Of a stretch of 64,000 nt of DNA, positions 53,100 through 62,954 are shown piece by piece. Source of the stretch: Proteobacteria bacterium ST_bin13. Lineage in GTDB: Bacteria > Pseudomonadota > Alphaproteobacteria > Sphingomonadales > Sphingomonadaceae. Both the position numbers and the translations under genes were made by a program. The notes beneath the pieces were generated by a model that searched no databases, had not been told where the DNA came from, and was given only the letters and a program-made list of their open reading frames with translations. The stretch lies in assembly GCA_002083645.1 (NCBI GenBank), contig MSXQ01000013.1:10769-74768 (forward strand). Reading direction: 5' to 3'. Each line of letters starts with the position of its first letter. The stretch's first letter is position 1.

Positions 53100-54383
53100 T
53101 CAGGCTGCGCGCTGCGGCCCGGCAGCGACAAGCTTGGCTGGGGTGGGCAGGACCAGACGGTTCCGGCCCGCGCCCTTTGCCGTGTAGAGATTGATATCGG
53201 CAATCTTCATGGCAACGCCAAAGCTGGACTCGCCGACCAGGACAAGGCCCACACTCGCTGTGACCGGTCGGATCAGTTCGGGCACCCGATCGGCCGCATA
53301 TCGCGTGATGCGTCGCCGCAGGCGTTCGGCTTGGTCCTGCACCTCTTGAGCGTTGCCATAGAGCAGCAGCACGAATTCTTCGCCGCCAATCCGCCCAACC
53401 TCTGCGTTGCCCGACGCAAGCGCCGCGCCAGCCGCCTGGATCACCCGGTCGCCTACATCATGGCCATGATGGTCGTTGACTGCCTTGAAGAAATCGAGAT
53501 CGACAATGGCGATGGCATAAGGCCGTCGGTCGGCAAATGTCCGCTCAATGGCGCGTCGATTGTTGAGGCCGGTAAGTGGGTCTTTATGGGCGATGACATG
53601 CAGGGCACTCGCTGTGGCGCGCGCCTCGTCATGTTGGCGCTTCAGCCGCAAAAAGCGATCCGCAATGCCCAGCGCGGTCAACATCACCTCTAACCCCAGC
53701 GCACAGAACAACGCGAACAGGAAGATTGGAAAGGGTGTGCCAAGCACGATATCGTGAAACAAGCTGATCCCATAGACCGCCATCACGGCGGTCCATGCCG
53801 CAGCCTGAAAACGCGCGGTCCGGCTGCCGCGGCGCCAGGCCTGGGCTAGGGTGTACGCCATCAATGCCAGAGTCCCGACGAGCAAGATGTTACGAAACGC
53901 CATATATACCGGCCATCCGAGCAGCATTGCAGGCGTCGTCAGCATGATGAGCGGGCCGGTCCAGCCCAGCATGCGGTAGACTCGATCTGACACCATGCCA
54001 GGTTCGATATAGGTCCGGATAAAGGGCCCAGTGACGGCAATCGACAGGTCGAACAAGATGCACAGATAGATCTGCCGCGCGACACTCTCCGTGCCCAGCG
54101 CTGGCCCCATGTCGAGCGGCGACAACCCGACGGTCAGCGCGAATTAGATCAGCGCACGCAGGCTCTGCCAAACCAGAAACCGCTCGCGCAGCACAGAATA
54201 AAATGCCGCGTTGTAGACGACTGAAAAGACCAGCAACCCCAAGAAGATACCCGTTAAGGCACCATCCCAGCTCATCTGCGTGTGAGCGGCAAAGCTCGAT
54301 TGTGCATGGGCGGGCGCGGCGCTCCACGCAGCAGCGAGGATGACTAATCCTGCGGTGATCCGCGACAAGGTACGCCCGAGCAT
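53100..54383 (-). pseudogene. 7TM-sensor GGDEF diguanylate cyclase interrupted by one in-frame TAA
   Basis: Track ORFs 54144..54485 and 53100..54125 are in the same frame. They read ...SLRALI-TAA-FALTVGLSPLDMG..., with the stop at 54144-54146. The downstream part contains GGEEF (RIGGEEFVLLL). Confidence 0.6.
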
Positions 54384-54440
54384 GAGCAAGGTGTTAGGGC
54401 GGCCTAGTAAGAATGACGTTAACGACGTTGCGGCTGTCGA

Positions 54441-54483
54441 TTGACGCAACGACGGGTGAGCGGTATATACATTCTGTATATAC
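54441..54483 (+). promoter_or_regulatory. vapBC promoter with two palindromic operator-like 8-mers
   Basis: TTGACG-17 nt-TATATA. GTATATAC occurs twice (54463-54470, 54476-54483), overlapping and following the -10 element. Confidence 0.6.
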
Positions 54484-54494
54484 ATAGGTGCGCC

Positions 54495-54773
54495 GTGGAC
54501 AACGAATATCAGGGCAAGACATTCAAGTCAGGCAATTCGGTTGCGTTGCGCCTGCCAAAGGGCATGGGCATTCCCGAAGGGATCGAGGTCCGCATGGTCA
54601 AGGAATCGGCGATGACATTCAGGGTCGAGCCAGTCGAAGCACCCCGGCGCAAAATCGATATCAGTGGATTTGCCGGGAAGTTGCCCGGCCTCAAAGCCGC
54701 GCCGCGCGAGGATTTCGAAGAACGGCCTAGCACCATAGCGCGGCGGGCGAGAGAGGCGCGTGGCGAGGAATGA
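54495..54773 (+). CDS. vapB: VapB-type antitoxin (SpoVT/AbrB-like domain)
   Basis: KTFKSGNSVALRLPKGMGI. GTG start at 54495 (uncertain). Stop overlaps the vapC start. Confidence 0.7.
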   Translation: MDNEYQGKTFKSGNSVALRLPKGMGIPEGIEVRMVKESAMTFRVEPVEAPRRKIDISGFAGKLPGLKAAPREDFEERPSTIARRAREARGEE

Positions 54774-55150
54774 TCCACTATCTGATCGACGCAAATTGCG
54801 CGATTTATGCGATGGTCGGGCGGCATACGGTGCTCAATGAGCGCTTGTCGGGATGTGAGGCGGGAACAATGGCGATATCTGCTATCAGCTTTGCGGAAGT
54901 GGCGCTGGGAACGCATCTTGGAAAACCACCACCAAGCGACGTGCTCGACGCCTTCATTGCTGCTATCCCGCTGTTACCGTTCGACGAGGCGGCCGCCCGC
55001 ATTTTCGGACGCTTACGGTTTAGTCGCTCCCGGCTGCATGACCGGTTATTGGCGGCGCATGCGCTGAGCCTGGGGGCAACGATCGTGACGAATAATGAGG
55101 CCGATTTTGGCGATGTGCCAGGCCTGCGCGTTGAGAACTGGACGCGATGA
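54770..55150 (+). CDS. vapC: VapC-type PIN-domain toxin
   Basis: [13 protein letters not shown] (first acidic residue), FDEAAA, TNNEADF. 126 aa. Confidence 0.8.
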   Translation: MIHYLIDANCAIYAMVGRHTVLNERLSGCEAGTMAISAISFAEVALGTHLGKPPPSDVLDAFIAAIPLLPFDEAAARIFGRLRFSRSRLHDRLLAAHALSLGATIVTNNEADFGDVPGLRVENWTR

Positions 55151-55890
55151 CTGGGCCATACACTTTCGCCGCCACCATCCTGACCCTCTATCCCGACATG
55201 TTCCCCGGGCCACTCGGCCAGTCGATCGCCGGGCGCGCGCTCGCCGAGGCGAAGTGGTCATGCAATGCCGTCAACATCCGCGACTTTGCGACCGATAAGC
55301 ACCGGACCGTCGATGACACCCCGGCAGGCGGTGGGGCAGGGATGGTGCTGCGTGCCGATGTCGTGGCTGCGGCGCTCGACAGCGTGGCCGATGATCGCCC
55401 GATCCTGGCGATGACGCCGCGCGGGGCACCGCTGACACAGGCTCGCGTCCGTTCGCTCGCCGCCGGGCCCGGTGCTATCGTTCTTTGCGGCCGGTTCGAG
55501 GGTTTTGACGAGCGCATCTTCGACGCGCGCCCCATCGAACAGCTCTCGATCGGCGACTATGTGCTGTCGGGCGGGGAGATGGGGGCGCTGGTGCTGCTGG
55601 ACGCTTGCATTCGGCTGCTGCCCGGCGTAATGGGCGCGGCTTCTAGCGGCGTGGACGAGAGCTTCGAAACGGGGTTGCTCGAATATCCGCACTATACCCG
55701 ACCACCGATGTGGGAAGGGCGCACGATCCCCGAAGTGCTGCGATCGGGGGATCATGCGAGGATTTCGGCATGGCGAAAGCTGATGGCCGAAACCGATACA
55801 CGGCTAAGGAGGCCTGATCTTTGGGAGCGTCACGACGGCGCTCGGGTCAATCCTCCCTCTGGCGCGCACGAACAGACGAAGGAAGAATGA
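55147..55890 (+). CDS. trmD: tRNA (guanine37-N1)-methyltransferase
   Basis: [51 protein letters not shown] overlaps the vapC TGA (ATGA at 55147-55150). Confidence 0.95.
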   Translation: MTGPYTFAATILTLYPDMFPGPLGQSIAGRALAEAKWSCNAVNIRDFATDKHRTVDDTPAGGGAGMVLRADVVAAALDSVADDRPILAMTPRGAPLTQARVRSLAAGPGAIVLCGRFEGFDERIFDARPIEQLSIGDYVLSGGEMGALVLLDACIRLLPGVMGAASSGVDESFETGLLEYPHYTRPPMWEGRTIPEVLRSGDHARISAWRKLMAETDTRLRRPDLWERHDGARVNPPSGAHEQTKEE

Positions 55891-55891
55891 G

Positions 55892-56284
55892 ATGAATCTC
55901 ATCCAGACGATTGAAGCCGAGAACATCGCCAAGTTTCTCGAAACCAAGACCATTCCCGATTTCCGCCCCGGCGACACGCTGAAGGTCGGCGTGAAGGTCG
56001 TCGAAGGCGAGCGCACCCGCGTCCAGAATTACGAGGGCGTGTGCATCGCGCGGTCGAACAAGGGCATGGGCAGCAACTTCACCGTGCGCAAGATTTCGTT
56101 CGGCGAAGGCGTGGAGCGCGTTTTCCCGCTGTATTCGCCCAACATTGATTCGATCGAAGTCGTCCGCAAGGGCGTCGTTCGGCGCGCCAAGCTCTATTAT
56201 CTGCGCGGCCTGCGCGGCAAGCGTGCGCGCATCGCGGAACGTCGCGATCCACGCGCAGCCAAGGGCAGCACCGCCGCCGAATAA
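55892..56284 (+). CDS. rplS: 50S ribosomal protein L19
   Basis: [33 protein letters not shown]. Confidence 0.95.
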   Translation: MNLIQTIEAENIAKFLETKTIPDFRPGDTLKVGVKVVEGERTRVQNYEGVCIARSNKGMGSNFTVRKISFGEGVERVFPLYSPNIDSIEVVRKGVVRRAKLYYLRGLRGKRARIAERRDPRAAKGSTAAE

Positions 56285-56316
56285 GCCGTCTGGCAGCAGC
56301 CGGTTGTCCGTCATCG

Positions 56317-56356
56317 AAACGCCGTGCCCGGCTTTATCGGGCGCGGCGTTTTTCGT
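56317..56356 (+). terminator. Rho-independent terminator after rplS
   Basis: AACGCCGTGCCCG-gctttat-CGGGCGCGGCGTT followed by TTTTCGTTTT. Confidence 0.8.
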
Positions 56357-56424
56357 TTTGGTGGGCGCTTGCTTGTCCCGCTGTATTAGTAATATAATGC
56401 ACTGGTCAATTGGGGGCTGCAGGG

Positions 56425-57783
56425 ATGACGGACGCAACAATCGCCAGGACGACCGAGCCCGACGGTGCGCCGCGCCTTGCGATCATGGACATTCTGCGCG
56501 GGGTTGCGATCCTCGGCATTCTCTTCATGAACATCAACGATATGGGGCAATCACTCAACGCCTCGTTCGACGATATCCGTCATCTCGGATGGGCACCCGC
56601 TGATCAGCTAGCGTGGTGGATCCGCGAGATTCTGGCCAACGGCACGGCGCGCTGCCTGCTGGAAATGCTGTTCGGCGTTGGCATGGTTATCCTGACCGAT
56701 CGGTTCGCGACAGCGGCGAGTGGCTGGGCCGTGCTGCGTCGTTATTATGTGCGCAATATCGTGCTGTTCCTGTTCGGCGTGGTGCACATGTATATTCTGC
56801 TGTGGCCTGGCGATATCTTGCACAGCTATGGTCTGGCGGCGCTGGTCGCCGTGCTGTTCCGTCGGCTGCGCCCGCGCTGGCTGCTGACCATCGGCCTCAG
56901 CATGGCACTGATTCAGCTGACCATGGGGGGCTATTTCGGCTATTATCAGGGGCTGCAAAAGCGTGCGCAAACCGTCGCGATTGAAGCAAAGCAATCGGCT
57001 GGCCAGAAGCTGACTGCGGACGAAACCAGAAAGCTAAAGGCGCACATCAAGGCAAAGGCCGAAAGCGCCAAGCGCGAAGCCGAGTTCAAAAGCAAGGTCG
57101 CCGCCGAAGACAAGGGCCGTTCCGGCACAGGCCTTAGCTGGATTTGGGCCCAAATTCTGGTGTCCTGGGATCGATTCCCCAGCTTCTTTGAAATCTTGTC
57201 GATCTGGGAAGCGGCCGGGACGATGCTGATTGGCGCTGCGCTCTACAAGATGGGCATTATCCAGGGGTTACGATCGCGGCGCTATTATCTTGGCATGCTG
57301 ATGATCGGCTATGGGATCGGCGGCACGTTGCGGGCCATCGGGGCCTGGGAACAGACGCAGTTCAATGATGCCCCGCATACTTTCTGGGCGACCATGGAAG
57401 TGGCGCGGTTATTGATGACAATCGGGCACATCGGCCTCGTCCATGTGATGGTATCGTCGCCGCTTGGGCAGCGCCTGTTGCGACCCTTTGCAGCGGCAGG
57501 ACGAACGGCCCTGTCAGTCTATGTTGCGCAGACGCTGATCACCTTATGGGTCATCTTCCCGCCCTGGGGTCTCGCCCTCTACGGCAAATTGAGCTGGGCG
57601 CCGCTAATGCTGCTCGCCCTGGCGATCAATGCAGCGCTGCTGATTTGGGCGAACCTCTATGTCCGCTATGTTGATATCGCGCCGGTCGAATGGCTATGGC
57701 GATCGATAATCGCTGGCCATCGGCTCCCTTGGCGTGAGCCGCAAACCCATCGGCCAGTGACGGCGTTACCGATTCCTGCCTGA
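56425..57783 (+). CDS. DUF418/YeiB-like polytopic membrane protein, copy A
   Basis: RLAIMDILRGVAILGILFMNIN N-terminus, many TM helices, and a charged insert (KLKAHIKAKAESAKREAEFK). Confidence 0.75.
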   Translation: MTDATIARTTEPDGAPRLAIMDILRGVAILGILFMNINDMGQSLNASFDDIRHLGWAPADQLAWWIREILANGTARCLLEMLFGVGMVILTDRFATAASGWAVLRRYYVRNIVLFLFGVVHMYILLWPGDILHSYGLAALVAVLFRRLRPRWLLTIGLSMALIQLTMGGYFGYYQGLQKRAQTVAIEAKQSAGQKLTADETRKLKAHIKAKAESAKREAEFKSKVAAEDKGRSGTGLSWIWAQILVSWDRFPSFFEILSIWEAAGTMLIGAALYKMGIIQGLRSRRYYLGMLMIGYGIGGTLRAIGAWEQTQFNDAPHTFWATMEVARLLMTIGHIGLVHVMVSSPLGQRLLRPFAAAGRTALSVYVAQTLITLWVIFPPWGLALYGKLSWAPLMLLALAINAALLIWANLYVRYVDIAPVEWLWRSIIAGHRLPWREPQTHRPVTALPIPA

Positions 57784-57921
57784 CCAGAGCGGCCCGCACT
57801 CCGCCCTTTACCTTCCGGCACGCCGTCGCGATACAGGCGGCGTCGCCCGCGCCCGGCGGGCTATGAGAACGGAATTGGGAGATGATCGTTGCGGCAATCG
57901 GCGGGTCGGCGAACAAGAGTG

Positions 57922-60150
57922 ATGATGAAGCTATTTGCAGGCGGCATGCTGCTCGCCACCATGGGGGGTATCGCGATGGCTTCTGACACGCCGGCAAGCC
58001 CGCCAGCGCTGACCCTAAAGCGCGTCTTCGCCAGCCCCGATCTGGCGGGCCCGCAACCGCGCGCGCTGCGACTGTCGCCCGATGGCAGCCTCCTCACGTC
58101 GCTGCGTGCACGCACCGAGGAAAAGGAGCGTTTCGATCTCTGGGCGCTTGATGCCAAAACCGGCCAGGAGCGGATGCTCGTCGATTCCAAGCAAATTGGA
58201 TCGGGCGCCGAGCTGTCCGAAGCAGAAAAGATGCAGCGCGAGCGCGCCCGGATCGGCGGTTCGCGCGGGATTGTCAGCTACGATTGGTCGCCAGACAGCA
58301 AATCGATCCTGGTGCCGCTGGATGGCGACCTGTTCATCGCGACACTTGACGGCAAGGTCACTCGGCTGACCGATACCAAGCAAGGCGAGCTCAATCCGGT
58401 GATCAGCCCAGCGGGCGGCTTTGTCAGCTTTGTGCGCGATCAGAATCTCTACGTTCAGCCGCTGGCCGGCGGCCCGGCAAAAGCGCTGACAAGCAGCGGC
58501 CAGGGCACGGTGCATTGGGGCGAAGCAGAGTTCGTCGCCCAGGAGGAAATGGACCGCCGCACCGGATATTGGTGGTCACCCGGCGACCGGTTGATCGCGG
58601 TGCAAAAATTTGACGATGCGCCCGTTGGCATCGTCACGCGTACGGCGATTGGCGCGGAAGGGACCAAGGTTTTCGATCAGCGTTATCCAGCCGCCGGCAC
58701 ACCCAATGCGCTGGTCGAACTTTATGTGATGAAGCCTGATGGATCGGCACAAGTGAAGATCGATCTTGGTCAGAACCCCGATATCTATCTGGCCCGCGTC
58801 GACTGGACGCCCGATGGCAAAACCCTGCTCGTTCAGCGCGAAAATCGCGACCAGACCGTGCTCGATATGCTCAGCGTCGACCCGACGACCGGCAAGTCGA
58901 CCGTGATGTTCACCGAAAAATCGGGCAAGCGCAGCTGGATCAACTTGAGCGACAGCTACCATATCCTGCGCGATGGCAGCCTGATCTGGCGATCCGAACG
59001 CAGCGGCTTTGGCCATCTCTATCACTATCGCGCGGGCAAATGGACTTCCCTTACCCTGGGCGATTGGGTGGTGACCAATTTGGTCGGCGTCGATGAAAAA
59101 AAGCGGCGGCTATTCTTCACGGGCAACAAGGACGATGCGCTTGAACAGCATCTTTACACGCTCGACCTTGCCAATCCCAAAGCGATTACGCGGCTGACTG
59201 AGGGCGGCTGGTGGAATAACGCGGCGATGGATGCCGCTGCCACGCGCCTGATCATCAGCCGTTCCAATCCCAATCAGCCGGCGCAAATCTATCTCGCCGA
59301 CAGCAGCGGCAAACGGACGGCGTGGATCAACGAAAATGCGGTGAAGGAGGGGCACCCTTATTATCCCTATCTCGCCAGCCATCGCCCGCGCCAGTTCGGC
59401 ACGATCAAGGCCGATGACGGCACGACGCTCTATTGGGAGATGATCACGCCGGTGATTGAGCCGGGCAAGAAATACCCGGTTTTCTTCCAACATTATGGCG
59501 GCCCCGGCACCGGCCAGCAGGTGACGCGGGGCTGGAACGGCACACTCGCGCAATATCTGGTCGATCGGGGCTATGTTTATTTCCAGATCGACAATCGCGG
59601 ATCATATAATCGCGGCAAGGCGTTCGAAGACCATATCTATCACGCGATGGGCACGGTTGAAGTTGCCGATCAACTGGCGGGTGCCAAGTTCATCAAGGCC
59701 CAGCCCTTTGTGGATGCAGACCGGATCGCAACCTATGGCTGGTCCTATGGCGGTTATATGACGATCAAGATGCTGGAGGCGAACCCCGGCGTCTATGCCG
59801 CCGGCATTTCCGGCGCACCGGTAACCAAGTGGGAATTGTACGACACCCACTATACCGAACGGTATTTGGGCGATCCGCGTACCGATCCGCAAAGCTATGC
59901 CAGTTCTAATGCGCTTGCCGATGCGGCCAAGATCAGTGATCCCCTATTGCTGATCCACGGGATGTCGGATGACAATGTGGTGTTCGACAACTCGACCGCC
60001 TTCGCCGCCGCCATGCAACGCAGCGCGCGGCCGTTCGAAATGATGTTCTATCCGGGCCAGACGCATCGGGTGGGCGGCCCGGGCATCAGCGAGCATTTGT
60101 GGACGACGATCCTGGATTTCCTTGATCGGCGCCTGCCGGCAAAGAAATGA
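57922..60150 (+). CDS. S9-family dipeptidyl-peptidase IV-like serine peptidase (secreted)
   Basis: Signal peptide MMKLFAGGMLLATMGGIAMA, beta-propeller N-domain, catalytic GWSYGGYMT, and DDNV ... H triad region. Confidence 0.88.
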   Translation: MMKLFAGGMLLATMGGIAMASDTPASPPALTLKRVFASPDLAGPQPRALRLSPDGSLLTSLRARTEEKERFDLWALDAKTGQERMLVDSKQIGSGAELSEAEKMQRERARIGGSRGIVSYDWSPDSKSILVPLDGDLFIATLDGKVTRLTDTKQGELNPVISPAGGFVSFVRDQNLYVQPLAGGPAKALTSSGQGTVHWGEAEFVAQEEMDRRTGYWWSPGDRLIAVQKFDDAPVGIVTRTAIGAEGTKVFDQRYPAAGTPNALVELYVMKPDGSAQVKIDLGQNPDIYLARVDWTPDGKTLLVQRENRDQTVLDMLSVDPTTGKSTVMFTEKSGKRSWINLSDSYHILRDGSLIWRSERSGFGHLYHYRAGKWTSLTLGDWVVTNLVGVDEKKRRLFFTGNKDDALEQHLYTLDLANPKAITRLTEGGWWNNAAMDAAATRLIISRSNPNQPAQIYLADSSGKRTAWINENAVKEGHPYYPYLASHRPRQFGTIKADDGTTLYWEMITPVIEPGKKYPVFFQHYGGPGTGQQVTRGWNGTLAQYLVDRGYVYFQIDNRGSYNRGKAFEDHIYHAMGTVEVADQLAGAKFIKAQPFVDADRIATYGWSYGGYMTIKMLEANPGVYAAGISGAPVTKWELYDTHYTERYLGDPRTDPQSYASSNALADAAKISDPLLLIHGMSDDNVVFDNSTAFAAAMQRSARPFEMMFYPGQTHRVGGPGISEHLWTTILDFLDRRLPAKK

Positions 60151-60227
60151 CTGATTGGCAGAGGCGGGCTTGGTTGACCGCCCCTGCGTCAGTGATTAGC
60201 GCTTCTTGATCCGGGGGATGTTTGACC

Positions 60228-61586
60228 ATGACGACACCAGCTTTGGCACCGGTGACCGGCAGGGCGCGGATCGACGTGCTGGATATTCTGCGCGGCATTG
60301 CCATTCTCGGCATTTTTTTCATGAACATCCCATATATGGGACAGAACAGTATCCTGGTGCAGGAAAATATTCGCGCCATTGGCTGGACATTGGCCGATCG
60401 CTGGACCTGGGCGGTCATCGAGGTGCTTGCCGAAGGGACGCAGCGCGGCTTGCTCGAAATGCTCTTTGGTGCCGGGATGATGGTGCTGACGACCAAGGCG
60501 ATGCTTCCTGATGGGCCGGTCGCTATAGCGGATCTTTATTATCGCCGGAACTTGTGGCTGCTGGCTTTTGGGCTGTTCGACGTCTTCTGTTTGTTATGGG
60601 TCGGAGACATTCTCCACATCTATGCACTTGCCGCCTTGTTTCTTTTTCCGTTTCGAAAGCTGGCGGCACATTGGCTGGTGGTGATCGGTATGAGCTTTGC
60701 CCTGGCAACGGTGGCGATGGGAGCCGGGGAGTATCTTGATCGGACGGCAATGATCGCCAAGGTCGAAAGGGCGCATGCGCGCCAGCATGCTGGCCAGCCG
60801 CTATCTATCCCGGATCGCGAAACGCTCAAGGCATGGCAGACAAAGCTTGAGTCCATCCGGGGCAATGACGTGCAAAAAAAGGCCGCACAGGAGGAAGACG
60901 TGGCACGTCGTGCCGGCGCGAGCTTTATCGCCTATGCCTCGCTAATGTGGTCGGAATGGTTTGGATTGCAGGGCAAGGGCTTCACAGTCGCCTTTGTCAT
61001 TGAGGCCTTTTGCGCGATGTTGATCGGCGTGGCGCTGTGGAAGTGGCAGATAATGCAGGGGGGGCGCAGCACCGCTTTCTATCTCGGCATGATGCTGCTC
61101 AGCTATGGTATCGGCACCACGATCCGGGTGATCGGGGTAACCGAGATTTTCGCCTTTGCGCCGATACCAAAGACGATCTGGATGACCGAAGAGTTTGGTC
61201 GGCTGGCGATGACGCTGGGGCATATCGCGCTGGTGAACCTGGCGGTGAAAACGGCGATCGGGACTGCGATGCTGGCACCGTTCAAGGCAGCGGGGCGGAT
61301 GGCCTTCTCCCTCTACTTCATGCAGCAGTTCCTGGCGCTTTATATCCTGTTCGCTCCCTTCGGCCTGGGCCTGTACGGCAGGTACGGTTGGGCGGAGCTG
61401 TCCGCCATTGCCGCCGCGGTAGTGATCGGCCAGCTCATTTTCGCAAACATTTATATGCGGGTGTTCGTGGCCGGACCACTTGAATGGCTGTGGCGCAGCC
61501 TTGCCTATGTTCGCTGGCAGCCCCTGCTGCGCCGCCGGGGGGATTTGCCTGTGACGATACAAGAACATGCGCCCATAGTCGCCTGA
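60228..61586 (+). CDS. DUF418/YeiB-like polytopic membrane protein, copy B
   Basis: RIDVLDILRGIAILGIFFMNIP, collinear with copy A throughout. ATG at 60228 lies 8 nt after GGGGGA. Confidence 0.75.
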   Translation: MTTPALAPVTGRARIDVLDILRGIAILGIFFMNIPYMGQNSILVQENIRAIGWTLADRWTWAVIEVLAEGTQRGLLEMLFGAGMMVLTTKAMLPDGPVAIADLYYRRNLWLLAFGLFDVFCLLWVGDILHIYALAALFLFPFRKLAAHWLVVIGMSFALATVAMGAGEYLDRTAMIAKVERAHARQHAGQPLSIPDRETLKAWQTKLESIRGNDVQKKAAQEEDVARRAGASFIAYASLMWSEWFGLQGKGFTVAFVIEAFCAMLIGVALWKWQIMQGGRSTAFYLGMMLLSYGIGTTIRVIGVTEIFAFAPIPKTIWMTEEFGRLAMTLGHIALVNLAVKTAIGTAMLAPFKAAGRMAFSLYFMQQFLALYILFAPFGLGLYGRYGWAELSAIAAAVVIGQLIFANIYMRVFVAGPLEWLWRSLAYVRWQPLLRRRGDLPVTIQEHAPIVA

Positions 61587-61647
61587 CTGGCTGGACAAAC
61601 ACAGCGGGAAGCGTATGCGACCGCGTGAAGTCCATTTGGAGCATAGT

Positions 61648-62676
61648 ATGGGATATCGGATCGTCGTTGTCGGCGCGACAGGCAATGTCGGGCGTGAAAT
61701 GCTCAACATCTTGGCCGAACGCGAATTCCCCTTGGCAGATGTTGCCGCGGTCGCCTCCTCACGCAGCCAGGGCATTGAGATCGATTTCGGCGATAGCGGC
61801 CGGATGCTCAAGGTTCAGAATCTCGAGCATTTTGATCCCACCGGCTGGGATATGGCCTTGTTCGCCATCGGCTCCGAAGGCTCGCGGCTGCACGCGCCTC
61901 GCTTTGCCGCGGCCGGGTGCACCGTCATCGACAATGCATCGCTTTACCGGATGGATCCCGATGTGCCGCTGATCGTGCCAGAGGTGAATCCGCAGGATAT
62001 TGACGGGTACCGGCGCAAGAACATCATCGCCAACCCCAATTGCTCGACCGCGCAGATGGTCGTCGCCCTGAAGCCGCTGCATGATTATGCGACGATCAAG
62101 CGCGTCGTCGTCTCGACCTATCAATCGGTGTCGGGCGCCGGCAAAATGGGGATGGACGAGCTGTTCGAGCAGAGCCGCAACATCTTTGTCGGCGACAGTG
62201 CTGAGGCGCACAAGTTCACCAAGCAGATCGCCTTCAACGTGATCCCGCATATCGGCGACTTCCACGATGATGGATCAACGTCCGAGGAGTGGAAAATGGT
62301 GGTCGAGACCAAGAAGATTCTCGACCCCAAGATCAAGGTCACGGCGACCTGCGTGCGCGTGCCGGTGTTTGTCGGCCATAGCGAAGCGATCACGATCGAG
62401 TTTGAGCGCGAGATTTCGGCCAAGAAGGCGCAGAGTCTGCTGCGCGAAGCCCCCGGCGTGATGCTGGTCGATAAGCGCGAGGATGGCGGGTATGTGACCC
62501 CGATCGAATGCGTCGGCGACTATGCGACCTTTGTCAGCCGCGTGCGCGAGGATCCAACCGTCGACAATGGGCTGGTGCTGTGGTGCGTGAGCGATAACCT
62601 CCGTAAAGGCGCGGCGCTAAATGCGGTGCAGATCGCGGAATTGCTGGGGCGGCGGCATTTGAAGAAGGCGGCTTGA
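61648..62676 (+). CDS. asd: Aspartate-semialdehyde dehydrogenase
   Basis: VVGATGNVGREML, NPNCSTAQMV (active Cys), SVSGAG. Confidence 0.95.
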   Translation: MGYRIVVVGATGNVGREMLNILAEREFPLADVAAVASSRSQGIEIDFGDSGRMLKVQNLEHFDPTGWDMALFAIGSEGSRLHAPRFAAAGCTVIDNASLYRMDPDVPLIVPEVNPQDIDGYRRKNIIANPNCSTAQMVVALKPLHDYATIKRVVVSTYQSVSGAGKMGMDELFEQSRNIFVGDSAEAHKFTKQIAFNVIPHIGDFHDDGSTSEEWKMVVETKKILDPKIKVTATCVRVPVFVGHSEAITIEFEREISAKKAQSLLREAPGVMLVDKREDGGYVTPIECVGDYATFVSRVREDPTVDNGLVLWCVSDNLRKGAALNAVQIAELLGRRHLKKAA

Positions 62677-62681
62677 GCCGC

Positions 62682-62700
62682 TGATAGCATTTTGCTATCA
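62682..62700 (+). promoter_or_regulatory. Perfect 7-bp palindrome just upstream of the RHH antitoxin gene (operator or asd terminator stem)
   Basis: TGATAGC-atttt-GCTATCA, ending 8 nt before the ATG at 62709. Confidence 0.4.
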
Positions 62701-62708
62701 CTGCCGCG

Positions 62709-62954
62709 ATGAAGCAGGTTCTTGTCCGCAATTTGGCTGACGAAACGGTTGCCGCTTACAAGCAGGCGGCGCGCGACAATGGCCGATCGCTTGAGGCGGA
62801 GCTTCGCGATGTGATCGAACGCGGTCGGCCCAAGCAGCGATTGTCGCCCGAACAGCTTCGGTCGCTGGTATCGCATCTGCATGCACTGACGCCGGATAGC
62901 GCTGCATTGATCGATAGCACGGCGCTGATCCGCGAGGACCGCGACGCACGATAA
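62709..62954 (+). CDS. Ribbon-helix-helix antitoxin (FitA/VapB-like)
   Basis: MKQVLVRNLADETVAAYKQAARDNGRSLEAELRDVI. TAATG overlap with the toxin gene. Confidence 0.75.
   Translation: MKQVLVRNLADETVAAYKQAARDNGRSLEAELRDVIERGRPKQRLSPEQLRSLVSHLHALTPDSAALIDSTALIREDRDAR

Noticed and set aside
51627-55146. Mobile-element hallmarks (integrase, transposase, terminal inverted or direct repeats, tRNA target) around the insert in the ribosomal operon
   Set aside because: None is seen in the insert or its borders. I report it as an insertion by synteny logic only, not as a defined mobile element.
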